Shown here in pieces: positions 9,408-18,320 of a DNA stretch of 64,000 bases. The position numbers and the translations under genes are program-made. This DNA comes from a virus: positions 12,490 through 76,489 of IMG/VR virus record IMGVR_UViG_3300042691_047443. One strand, given 5' to 3'. The stretch's first letter is position 1. Each line of letters opens with the position of its first letter. The notes beneath the pieces were generated by a model. The model saw only the letters and a list, made by a program, of their open reading frames with translations. It was not told the origin of the DNA and did not search any database.

Positions 9408-9994
9408 TTCTTTAACTTAAGATTAAAAACTGTTGGAAAATGAGTGGCGCACCTGGGTTCGTAAAGTTCATCGCCACCCACCTCAACCACAAATTCATCT
9501 CCGCCTAATGTCTTTTTATGCGTAAAGGGGGCATCATCTCCACAAACGGTGCAAACCGCAGTGCACTTCTCTATCCGGGTTGCCCAAGGCAACATCTGAG
9601 AAATTTCAGGGAAAGGCTTTCCGTTCGATGCCATGTCCAGCGTTGACACGATCACGTTAAAACCACTTTGGTACAAAAAGACAAGAACCTCAGCAATTCC
9701 CGGAATCATAAAGGCTTCATCTACGGCAATAACGTGAGGATCTTCACTTGCATTGGCAAGAAAGTGCAAGATATCTGCGCCTTCTTGCACACAAACTGCA
9801 GAATGCCTCCATCCACCGTGTGTCATGATTTCAGCAACGCTGTACCTCGTGTCCATGGTGGGTTTAAAAACAGCAACCCTTTCACGTTGATACTTGTAAC
9901 GTTCCAGGTCCATCAATAACCTAGACGTTTTTGAGCTAAACATGGGACCACAGTATACATTAAAGACAGGATTTTTCTGCATCAGATTCCCCAC
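9404..9994 (-). CDS. tdk: Thymidine kinase
   Basis: GPMFSSKT P-loop, VDEA, CTVC, VGGDELYEPRC. Confidence 0.93.
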   Translation of the reverse strand: MGNLMQKNPVFNVYCGPMFSSKTSRLLMDLERYKYQRERVAVFKPTMDTRYSVAEIMTHGGWRHSAVCVQEGADILHFLANASEDPHVIAVDEAFMIPGIAEVLVFLYQSGFNVIVSTLDMASNGKPFPEISQMLPWATRIEKCTAVCTVCGDDAPFTHKKTLGGDEFVVEVGGDELYEPRCATHFPTVFNLKLKK

Positions 9995-10581
9995 TAATCT
10001 AAGGTATAATTTTTACATAAGGTGTTCATCAACAAAATATTCAAATTTTCCTTGAATGGCGTCCTGAGCCATTCTGGGATGACATCATGCCAATGGTGAG
10101 GCTTATAATTGTTTCTGTCTGCCGCAACGTTGAAATGCCTATCATAATTAGGACCTTTCTCATGTACGTGACCATGAACAATATGCAAAAAATCACCCAA
10201 GGCTGATTCGTCAAACTTTTTATCGGAAAGTGACTTAAGTGGATAGTGTGACAACGCCACACCCCCTAGGTTAAGATAATCGTAAACAGCGATGAAACCT
10301 GAATCTATGTACCACTGATCCTGCTGGTGATCGTGATTACCTCTGATCAGGATCTTCTTACCGTTCATTCGCCGGATCAATTCTCTTAATTCTTCAATTC
10401 TTCCCTTTAATCCGGCCGATATGTCGCCTACAAAAACCCCGACGTCGTTTTCCTCTACCCGAGAGTTCCAGTTCTCTAACATGTGTTCGTTCATTTGGGC
10501 TGAGTCCACGAAGGGCCTGGAACAATACCTGATGATATTTTCGTGAAAATAGTGATTGTCTGATGTGAAATAAACCGTCAT
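9994..10581 (-). CDS. Calcineurin-like metallophosphoesterase
   Basis: SDNH, GD, GNHD, SHYP, HGHVH. Confidence 0.9.
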   Translation of the reverse strand: MTVYFTSDNHYFHENIIRYCSRPFVDSAQMNEHMLENWNSRVEENDVGVFVGDISAGLKGRIEELRELIRRMNGKKILIRGNHDHQQDQWYIDSGFIAVYDYLNLGGVALSHYPLKSLSDKKFDESALGDFLHIVHGHVHEKGPNYDRHFNVAADRNNYKPHHWHDVIPEWLRTPFKENLNILLMNTLCKNYTLD

Positions 10582-10582
10582 A

Positions 10583-12172
10583 TTAAATTCTCAATGTGTT
10601 CCAAATTGTGTCCTTGTTGTCCTCTGACAGCCAGGATGGTAAATTTTCCTTGAAAATTCTGCTCTCCCCTGAAGAGAGGTAATCTCTCATATCGCTTGCA
10701 CACAAACCATTTGTCAACGTCCTTGAGATCGACACGTGTGATAGTCGTTCCTTAAATTGTGGGAGACGTGTGAGGAACGACTCCAACCTTGACTTCGCAT
10801 CATCGTCGCCATCGCCTGTGGAGCCTCCATAGATTGACACAGAACCAGATGCTCCGGTCAAGAATCTTTTTGCAAACAACAAGGCTTCCGTCATAGGAGA
10901 CCCGGAAAACGAAGCATAAAGACCCGAGCCGTACATAATTTCCATCTTAGGAAAGTACACGTCCCTCCACAACGTCAGCATGTCATGTGTTGATACGTTT
11001 GAACGATCTTTCGTCGACAAGAACAACATCACTGACTTGCAACCGTCACTAAATGCACGATCAATTAGAGAGGCATGACCAGCGTGAAAAGGCTTTGCAG
11101 CCATGGGAATCAAGGCAACGTTGTCTGACTTGTCAGGTCCCAATAGGTTCAGCTTTGCGGTAAGAAACACATCATCTTGGACACTCAAAAGTGTTTTTAT
11201 GGAATGTGCTGGTAGCGTTTTTGTTCGATAAATGCGAGAAGACAGTTCTCCAAAAGTCTCCTGTAGATCACTTATTACGACGTCTTTAGTCATTTCAGCA
11301 GCTACTTTGTGAATAGCTTCCCAGTATGTTTCCTCGTCTCTTTCTGTTGCTTTGAATCTTGATTTCTTTGCGTCTCGTACTTCTTTCAAGTGTTGGTCAG
11401 GAGCAAGCACTTTGCTAAGAGATTTCCCGTCGTCGCCTGTACGTTCAATCACTACACCTTCGGATTGACCACCGAGAACAGATTGAAAATCCTCAAACAC
11501 GCCTATCAGACGTTTCATCACCTCTTCGTGACGATCGAAATCAACGTGTCGAAAAGCCGAAATCAACAATTCTCTAACGCTACCAACAGCCGAACCGAAT
11601 TCAATCGCCTCAGGTGCATTCATCCGTCCTTTAAATAAAGTTGGAAATTCACCAAGCTGTAACAATTGTCGATATTTTTCAAAGCGCTGCGCGTCATCGT
11701 GAAACATCGAAGAGCTGTACAGACGACCACGAAACTGTACAAAATTGCAGTCGCCAAAACCCACAAGGAACATGTTGTGTTTCAGCACATAGTCACGAGT
11801 AATCGTGGGCTTATTCTGTACAAACTCAACGAAAAATTCAGTGTTTCTCGGAATCTCTGCACAATCAGGGTGAACCTTCCGTAAATGATCATGCACAAAC
11901 TTATATTGAGACGTGCCGATGGAAAATTCCCGTATCTCGGAATCACGCTCAGCAAGACCACAAAATTCAGTGGCGTGAATGATGTTGTCCTTGTATGACA
12001 CAATCCAGTTTTTGGTATAATCGATAGGATCAAATACTTCACAATTTCTGATTAACGTAAGCTTTGTTCCATCAATCTTTTCCACGATCTTCAGGTGACC
12101 GTCGAAAAAAATCTTTGCCTTGCTTGCGGATGTTATTGTCTTCTTTAAGTCTTTAATCGAAATATCAAGCAT
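10583..12172 (-). CDS. Fusion of RNA-ligase-like nucleotidyltransferase and HIGH-family (cytidylyltransferase-like) domain
   Basis: EKIDG (motif I), EFFVEF, EGVVI (motif IV), K motif V; C-terminal KPFHAGH and ASDMR. Confidence 0.75.
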   Translation of the reverse strand: MLDISIKDLKKTITSASKAKIFFDGHLKIVEKIDGTKLTLIRNCEVFDPIDYTKNWIVSYKDNIIHATEFCGLAERDSEIREFSIGTSQYKFVHDHLRKVHPDCAEIPRNTEFFVEFVQNKPTITRDYVLKHNMFLVGFGDCNFVQFRGRLYSSSMFHDDAQRFEKYRQLLQLGEFPTLFKGRMNAPEAIEFGSAVGSVRELLISAFRHVDFDRHEEVMKRLIGVFEDFQSVLGGQSEGVVIERTGDDGKSLSKVLAPDQHLKEVRDAKKSRFKATERDEETYWEAIHKVAAEMTKDVVISDLQETFGELSSRIYRTKTLPAHSIKTLLSVQDDVFLTAKLNLLGPDKSDNVALIPMAAKPFHAGHASLIDRAFSDGCKSVMLFLSTKDRSNVSTHDMLTLWRDVYFPKMEIMYGSGLYASFSGSPMTEALLFAKRFLTGASGSVSIYGGSTGDGDDDAKSRLESFLTRLPQFKERLSHVSISRTLTNGLCASDMRDYLSSGESRIFKENLPSWLSEDNKDTIWNTLRI

Positions 12173-13325
12173 TCAACTTCCTATTATAGTACGAAGCGAT
12201 CATCTTCTCTACGTGATGATCATACACCTTCAGAAATTGAAGTTCATTCCTGAACATATTTACCGCAGGCATCTTTGTGCTATAATCATTCGATTCATCA
12301 AAAATGTCGAGGACTTGGCTTTTTTGACCGAAAAGTTTGTGATCTACGAAGTCAAGGTATATGTCACATATAACCTTTTCTTCAAAGAAAGAGTTCAGCA
12401 GCGTCAACAGGCCCAGAAATGATGAGAACAAGTTCAGATCATCTTTAGTCGGGACTCGTGACACGAGCATTTCAAAAATGTCAGATTTACTCCTGACAAA
12501 AATAGAATCACGTGCCTCAGTCTTTTTATATGCAAATTTTCCCGACACCATGACAGGAGTACAATCACGGTAGAATTGTTGTTCAGCTGCAACTCTCAAT
12601 CCTTTGTCAACAGAAAATGACAAAGTGTGAACATGGTCTGATTTTGCAAGCCTAATTTTTTCGAACGGTTCTAACGGGCTTTGTGGCGTTAACAACACTG
12701 CATCATGTCTGGATGATACAACAGTTGCAATACTTCTCAACAGAAGTTTGTGGAACACGCCTTTGACGCCTGCCTTTACGTCAAACCAATTTGATGACTT
12801 AGAAAATTTAATGAACTCGAGCGGACCATTAGCATCATATGGTGTCCCTTCAAAATCTATCTGAACCTTTAACTTGTTTAACTCATTGAGTTCATATTCA
12901 AAAACAGAATTTATCTGACCGTTTGTTAATGAAGGCTTCTGACCTAAAAAGCTATGCTTTTCGGTAATTTTTTTACCCTGCATTGAACTAAGAACCTCGG
13001 ACAGCGCACGTAAATTATTGTCTGGTACTGTTATGTCAAGATCGCCGATCTTCGGCTTGTATCGAACAAACTCCTCAGAGGAAATACCGTAGTCAAACAA
13101 GTGAGATGAAGAACCGTTGAAAACAGCGCATGTTGAAAAAAGATCGCTCCTCACCCCTTTTGGCCAAAGATTTAGACCGACGTGATCATGATACGCAGAA
13201 TCTATCTGCTCAAACAAAAGTAAGAAATCATTCACAAAACGATCCCTATCTAGGATCCTGAAGTCAGGTTTGTCAGGCCTTTGATTGAGTCCATTAACGT
13301 CAACAACAACAACATTCCCACCCAT
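12165..13325 (-). CDS. Pol-beta-superfamily nucleotidyltransferase-like protein
   Basis: NGSS...GDLDI and QIDF pattern (GS, DxD, third D). Confidence 0.65.
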   Translation of the reverse strand: MGGNVVVVDVNGLNQRPDKPDFRILDRDRFVNDFLLLFEQIDSAYHDHVGLNLWPKGVRSDLFSTCAVFNGSSSHLFDYGISSEEFVRYKPKIGDLDITVPDNNLRALSEVLSSMQGKKITEKHSFLGQKPSLTNGQINSVFEYELNELNKLKVQIDFEGTPYDANGPLEFIKFSKSSNWFDVKAGVKGVFHKLLLRSIATVVSSRHDAVLLTPQSPLEPFEKIRLAKSDHVHTLSFSVDKGLRVAAEQQFYRDCTPVMVSGKFAYKKTEARDSIFVRSKSDIFEMLVSRVPTKDDLNLFSSFLGLLTLLNSFFEEKVICDIYLDFVDHKLFGQKSQVLDIFDESNDYSTKMPAVNMFRNELQFLKVYDHHVEKMIASYYNRKLNA

Positions 13326-13331
13326 CTTAAT

Positions 13332-13880
13332 TTAATCCTGGTTCAATACTACGAACGGAGATTTTACGCTGGGAGAATACTCCCCTGCGACCGCAAGGGC
13401 CCTTTCTATCTTTTGCTTTGGCGTCAGCGATATGTCATGGTAAAGAACATTCATCGCGCCTAGCGCATATGCAAATCCAGAGCCTGACACTGCAAACTTT
13501 TGTCTTAAAGAACTTACGTTAAAGTCGGCCTCAATCACGTATATGTTTCCCTTGAATCCAAGAACGATCTCGGAGTCATGAGCATCTCCAGTTTCTTCCT
13601 TGAAAAGAACGCCCTTTGTGTCAAGCAGATTTCTCAGGCACTCCACAAAGTCGCACACTAGATATTCCATGTGTGCCTTATTGTTGAGAAACTTGGGAGG
13701 CCTGAGAGACCAACGTAACAGTTGTCCTATTCTGAAACTGCCTGAAAATCCAATAAGAAACTCACCGTTCTTGAAAACCTTTTCATCTTGACGAATGAGA
13801 ACCTCATCCTCCCGATAAGAAGCGGAATCTGCACCCATCCAGATGGAACCATTATCTTCAAGTGCGACAACGCAGGTCAC
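13332..13880 (-). CDS. HslV/proteasome-beta-like Ntn protease
   Basis: N-terminal Thr (MTCVVAL), GADS, KVF, GFSG, GSG..YALGAM. Confidence 0.85.
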   Translation of the reverse strand: MTCVVALEDNGSIWMGADSASYREDEVLIRQDEKVFKNGEFLIGFSGSFRIGQLLRWSLRPPKFLNNKAHMEYLVCDFVECLRNLLDTKGVLFKEETGDAHDSEIVLGFKGNIYVIEADFNVSSLRQKFAVSGSGFAYALGAMNVLYHDISLTPKQKIERALAVAGEYSPSVKSPFVVLNQD

Positions 13881-14674
13881 TTGAAAGCCTTTCCATATAC
13901 AGACTCAGGATAAGCGTCTCGATACTTTGACCTTGTAATACTCAACTCGCCAGTTTTCAAAAAGTGATCGACTAGGTAAAAATCTCTCTCATATACATGG
14001 ATGCTTCCGACCTGCCAGTGCAGATTACCTGCAGGATAACCAAGCTCACTCGCTACCTTCTCTAACATATGTTGCTGCCAAGATCTATCATTCTTGTATC
14101 CAATTAGCGCATCGTTACTACGCATTTGCACGATAGCATGGCACTGTCCATTTCTTATAACATACTGAACTGCGTTGGTACACATGAAATCACTGCGACC
14201 GTTTGCGCTGTAATCTTCCCACATTGAAGGTCTTGTGTAGATGATGATTGCCCGTCGACTTTCTGGGTTCTTCCTCAATTCGCCTACGACCTTTTCGAAC
14301 TGAGATCCGTTCTCGGGGCTTCGGACGCACCACCCATAGTTAGAGTTGATCTTACCGTCGGCACAGGCAATTGCACGCCAAACAGCAGGTGCGCCACCGG
14401 GAAAATCATTCACGTTAAGCGACATGGAGTCATACCACTCTTCTTCACGCTTTACGTAATCATGGTTCACTTCTCCGAAAATAACTTCGTCGCCTGCAAT
14501 GAAACTGGCACCGACAATCTCAATCGTGCGAGACCCCATGAGATTGGTCATTGATGCCTCTCGATTGATGGACGTGAAGTGATTCCCCAAAAATAGATTT
14601 GCGAACTCATTCCTAATATCGATCACATTATTGTAATTCACTTGTTTAACCTCATGTTGCTGATCCATGACCAA
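13877..14674 (-). CDS. dCMP hydroxymethylase-type thymidylate synthase homologue
   Basis: INSNYG, SRRA, DFMCT (catalytic Cys), MRSNDALIGYKND (Asp at the pyrimidine-specificity position, as in T4 gp42), SIHVYE. Confidence 0.85.
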   Translation of the reverse strand: MVMDQQHEVKQVNYNNVIDIRNEFANLFLGNHFTSINREASMTNLMGSRTIEIVGASFIAGDEVIFGEVNHDYVKREEEWYDSMSLNVNDFPGGAPAVWRAIACADGKINSNYGWCVRSPENGSQFEKVVGELRKNPESRRAIIIYTRPSMWEDYSANGRSDFMCTNAVQYVIRNGQCHAIVQMRSNDALIGYKNDRSWQQHMLEKVASELGYPAGNLHWQVGSIHVYERDFYLVDHFLKTGELSITRSKYRDAYPESVYGKAFK

Positions 14675-15606
14675 TTGTTATTATACCACTCGATAGTACG
14701 TTCCAGACCTTCCCAGAATCTAACAAGGGGACTATATCCCAACGTTATATGGATACAGTTAACGCTTGCTTGAGTGTGCATCACATCGCCCGAGCGCCAT
14801 GGTGCATCGTGGCTTTTTGCATCTGGAAATCTTCCTTTAAGAAACTCAAGGATTTCTTTATTTGTTGTCCTGTCGCCGCAGGCAACATTGAAACAAGCGG
14901 CCGCAAGATCGTTATGGTGCGCTGCTGCACGCACGCAGGCATCTGTCACGTTATCAACGTAGCACATGTCTCGTGACTGTGAACCGTCTCCGTCACTGCG
15001 CATCGACATGCCTTTGTTTATGGCCGTAAGCCACGCAGAAACCGCAGTTGAATATGGAGAATCTCCCAATTGATTTGGTCCGAATACGTTGAAGAACCTC
15101 AAGGCAACTGAATCAAGTTCGTACAGATCATAATAGATCTTCAGGTAATCTTCAATAATTGACTTCTGCAACGCATAGGGGGACTTTGGGTCCTTCTTTG
15201 TGGCTTCAACCGTTGGAAGCTTTTGAGCCCCACCATAGACAGAGGACGAAGATGCAAACACAAAGCGTTTTACGTTGTTGCGACAGGCTTCCATCAATTG
15301 AAGCGTCTTATTTACGTTGGTTTCGTGCGTCTCAATGGGGTGTTCCACAGAATAACTCACCCGTGGTACAGCTGCGAGGTGAAAAATCACATCAAACCAC
15401 TTTGACCTAATCCTCGAAAGAACAGACTCAGAAGAAAAGTCTTCCTTTAAAAAGAGATTTGGATTGGCTGCAAAAAGAGGGGGCAAAAATTCCGTGTGAC
15501 CATTTGAAAGATCATCAACACCTGTGACATCCCAACCTTCCTTGAGACACCTTGCTACGAGGTTACTTCCGATAAAACCTGCAGCACCTGTGATCAAAAC
15601 TCGCAT
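14638..15606 (-). CDS. NAD-dependent NDP-sugar epimerase (GalE/WbpP-like)
   Basis: GAAGFIG, HLAA, ASSSSVYG, YALQK, RFFNVFGP. Confidence 0.9.
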   Translation of the reverse strand: MRVLITGAAGFIGSNLVARCLKEGWDVTGVDDLSNGHTEFLPPLFAANPNLFLKEDFSSESVLSRIRSKWFDVIFHLAAVPRVSYSVEHPIETHETNVNKTLQLMEACRNNVKRFVFASSSSVYGGAQKLPTVEATKKDPKSPYALQKSIIEDYLKIYYDLYELDSVALRFFNVFGPNQLGDSPYSTAVSAWLTAINKGMSMRSDGDGSQSRDMCYVDNVTDACVRAAAHHNDLAAACFNVACGDRTTNKEILEFLKGRFPDAKSHDAPWRSGDVMHTQASVNCIHITLGYSPLVRFWEGLERTIEWYNNNWSWISNMRLNK

Positions 15607-15627
15607 CTAAATCTCCTGAATGAAACA

Positions 15628-15656
15628 AATTTACAACAGAAAAAGCTCATGTACAC
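15628..15656 (-). promoter_or_regulatory. Sigma70-like promoter
   Basis: GTGTAC-N17-TAAATT upstream of an AGGAG RBS. Confidence 0.5.
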
Positions 15657-15661
15657 ATGAC

Positions 15662-16984
15662 TCAAAGTAGGTTCATCTTACGCATTGCATGTGTGGTTGT
15701 CGACTCATAGGAACAACGATCCCTCACAACGTTGAGCAACGGAACCATCGAATTGCACCACTCTTTTGTGCCCTTGTTTTGCTTAACGTGATCTATGAGA
15801 TTGGACGCAACTTCAACTATGTCAGAGAAATCTGACTTTGCTAGAACGGGTACTTTAAACCCAAGCTCAGATGCATCTCGAATGATTCCGGAGTATTCAA
15901 AATTATTCAACCATAGAGGTAAACAGCCCAATTCTACACACTCTCTGGCGACAGTTCCACCATACGTGTCTTGGTCATACAGGCCTAAAGCGATGTCGAC
16001 ATGCGTTGCAACAACCTTGAATTCATCACGTGTAAACGAATCAGGAACAAGAGAGACGTAACCGTTGTGACCGCACTCTGACGTAAGTTCCTCATTGGAG
16101 AACTTCTGGCTTGGGTTCCCAGCAAGAACGACGAAATCATTTCGTCTCTCATGTAAACGTGGAAGTACGTCAAACATGAATTTGCCACAATTTGTGTAAT
16201 CTGACGATCTTCCTTTGCCACCGATCCGGTTTGGAACAAAGATAATTGTCTTGCCTTGCTCACGCCATCGATTGAAGACATTGGGATCAAATCGGATCCC
16301 ATCAAGGTCAGGCGCGGACCTAATCTCCTCGATCGAATATCCGTCATCCCACGGTGATGATTTTGCCATTACAGCGTCCACGACGCCATCACGGAATAAC
16401 TTACGTGCCTCTGCCTCAAATTCAGAAAGCGCGGACCCACATTGCCAAAAGTTCCAATCTGCCTTTAAGGCGGCCTCACATTGACCCAACCACAATGATG
16501 CATCAATCGGAAACTTGGGACAGGACGGCACATCTACAAAGTGTGAATGAACATAAAATTTAGGTTGATATCCACCTTCAAGGAGGAACATCGCCTTAAA
16601 GTTTCTAAGGTGCATCGGATCGTTGAGATACACCGCATCATATCTCACTGTAACTTCCGTCTTGTGCCTTGAAAGACCTAGTCTACGTGACAGCGAAGAA
16701 ACGTCAAAGTTGTACCGAGTCGCAAGTGCATTCGGAAAAATGTCATGCTCCACGTAGTGTACACGTGAACCCCATGGAATATCAGGATTTACCTGATACG
16801 GTGTGGTGACCACAGACCCTTCGGAAAGAAGGGGACCCATAACGTGAATCACGAGATCCGGATTCTGTTTTAGCATTTCACGGACACGACCCATGACCAT
16901 CTGCCATCCAGAGTCACACTCAAGGATGAATCTGCCTCGTGTGTCATAGTTAGAAAGTTGTGTTTGAATAAGTAATTTTTTCAT
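15662..16984 (-). CDS. GT-B fold glycosyltransferase (putative DNA/nucleotide glycosyltransferase)
   Basis: HSH, PNR, and DTYGGTVARECVELGCLP resembling the GT-B E/D-x-F/Y-G...E...G-x-P motif; sits between an epimerase and a dNMP kinase. Confidence 0.7.
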   Translation of the reverse strand: MKKLLIQTQLSNYDTRGRFILECDSGWQMVMGRVREMLKQNPDLVIHVMGPLLSEGSVVTTPYQVNPDIPWGSRVHYVEHDIFPNALATRYNFDVSSLSRRLGLSRHKTEVTVRYDAVYLNDPMHLRNFKAMFLLEGGYQPKFYVHSHFVDVPSCPKFPIDASLWLGQCEAALKADWNFWQCGSALSEFEAEARKLFRDGVVDAVMAKSSPWDDGYSIEEIRSAPDLDGIRFDPNVFNRWREQGKTIIFVPNRIGGKGRSSDYTNCGKFMFDVLPRLHERRNDFVVLAGNPSQKFSNEELTSECGHNGYVSLVPDSFTRDEFKVVATHVDIALGLYDQDTYGGTVARECVELGCLPLWLNNFEYSGIIRDASELGFKVPVLAKSDFSDIVEVASNLIDHVKQNKGTKEWCNSMVPLLNVVRDRCSYESTTTHAMRKMNLL

Positions 16985-16997
16985 GTGTTTCTTTGTG

Positions 16998-17540
16998 TTA
17001 TCCCAGAAAAGAAATGATATCAGACACTTCTCTGTCTAGATTTTCGTCGTCGACATTCAGCTTCATATAATCACAGGCTGTGATTTCATGTAGGTATTTT
17101 TCATAGTGATCGTCTAGCTTCTGCAGGGTTTCTTGCTGAATTCTAGAATCTAGATCATCAATGATTCCTGTGTACGAACTTCTGCGACAAAAGATTATTT
17201 TTGCCCCCAAGGATGCCCACTGCTTGTCCATGTGGACAAGAAACTTCTCATCAGTCTTGCGATGAAACACGGATGAATAGACCCATTCACACGGAAAACC
17301 CCTGTCAAATATAACTCCGTAACCGGTCTGCTTCAAAAGATCAAGTACGCGAGGATCGGCATGCCGCAATTGTGACAGAAACAATTCATTTTTGTCATCC
17401 ATCGACAAAAACGATGAATGTTCAGAGGAGGCCTTAAAATAAGGAACACTTAGTCGGACCGACAACTCTTTTGCAATCTGTGTCTTGCCACACATATCAG
17501 GACCAACCATGAACACTAAACGTTGTTTTTGTTTCAACAT
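16998..17540 (-). CDS. dNMP (thymidylate-like) kinase
   Basis: GPDMCGKT P-loop; FDRGFPCEWVY. Confidence 0.82.
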   Translation of the reverse strand: MLKQKQRLVFMVGPDMCGKTQIAKELSVRLSVPYFKASSEHSSFLSMDDKNELFLSQLRHADPRVLDLLKQTGYGVIFDRGFPCEWVYSSVFHRKTDEKFLVHMDKQWASLGAKIIFCRRSSYTGIIDDLDSRIQQETLQKLDDHYEKYLHEITACDYMKLNVDDENLDREVSDIISFLG

Positions 17541-17546
17541 GAAGAT

Positions 17547-17575
17547 ATCTTAACTTAAGTTATGTCGCTGTACAC
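17547..17575 (-). promoter_or_regulatory. Sigma70-like promoter, leaderless
   Basis: GTGTAC-N17-TAAGAT-N6-ATG. Confidence 0.6.
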
Positions 17576-18099
17576 ACTTCAAAATCGATGATGTGACCGT
17601 GCGTACCCGCACCCTTCTTGACATGTCCATGTTGGGGGCAGTGAATTGTGTACTGTGCTGCGTCTGGATAGATTTTAATGATCTCTCCTGTTTCCTTTTT
17701 GCCCTTAAATGTAAAGGACACCTGATCTCCTAAAGCAAACTTTGCAGTGACCCCGTGTGCAAGAATCCAGCTATGATATACAATCTCCTTATGTGCAAGG
17801 TAACGCTGATGTGCAACGTCTTCAAGCAAGTCAACAAGATCGGCATCAGGGTCCCAGCCAGCGTGTTCCAAGTTCTTGGCGATGTGATACGCATCGTCGT
17901 CGTACTCAATCGCTGAAAAAATCTCAGCCTTTATCACCTCAAGCTCTTGAGCTGAAGGAGCCCCGCCTTCTTGGCACACCCACTGGATGATTTTTGGTGT
18001 GACGCGTTCTGAAGTGAGAGAGTTGACTTCCTTGCTAAGATAGCGAGGTCGCGGCGGAAGAGGAAGGTCATCGAATAGCTGAAGTTGCATACCTTTCAT
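17560..18099 (-). CDS. Hypothetical protein with C-terminal SH3/KOW-like domain
   Basis: 179-aa ORF; FALGDQVSF...GEIIKI. Confidence 0.6.
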   Translation of the reverse strand: MKGMQLQLFDDLPLPPRPRYLSKEVNSLTSERVTPKIIQWVCQEGGAPSAQELEVIKAEIFSAIEYDDDAYHIAKNLEHAGWDPDADLVDLLEDVAHQRYLAHKEIVYHSWILAHGVTAKFALGDQVSFTFKGKKETGEIIKIYPDAAQYTIHCPQHGHVKKGAGTHGHIIDFEVCTAT

Positions 18100-18131
18100 A
18101 GGTTAATCCTTTAACAGGTCGTATAAAGATT

Positions 18132-18320
18132 TCACTTTTTATTTCCATAACCATCAGCGTACCACCCACCGCCTTGCAGGAGGAAACCTGAGCCCCCCGT
18201 GATGAGCCTGTTCCGAGTCTCTGAACCGCACTTTGGACACGTGGCTCGAGCTTCTTCTTTCATCGACTGATTCACTTCAAACTGATTTTCGCATGCATCA
18301 CATTTATAATCGTACTTCAC
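18132..18320 (-). CDS. FmdB-family zinc-ribbon protein
   Basis: YDYKCDAC...CPKCG...GFLLQGGGWYADGY; GTG start overlaps the dnaE stop. Confidence 0.85.
   Translation of the reverse strand: MKYDYKCDACENQFEVNQSMKEEARATCPKCGSETRNRLITGGSGFLLQGGGWYADGYGNKK

Noticed and set aside
13877-14674. Annotation as ordinary ThyA
   Set aside because: It has Asp at the specificity position and gp42-like motifs, and ThyX is encoded separately
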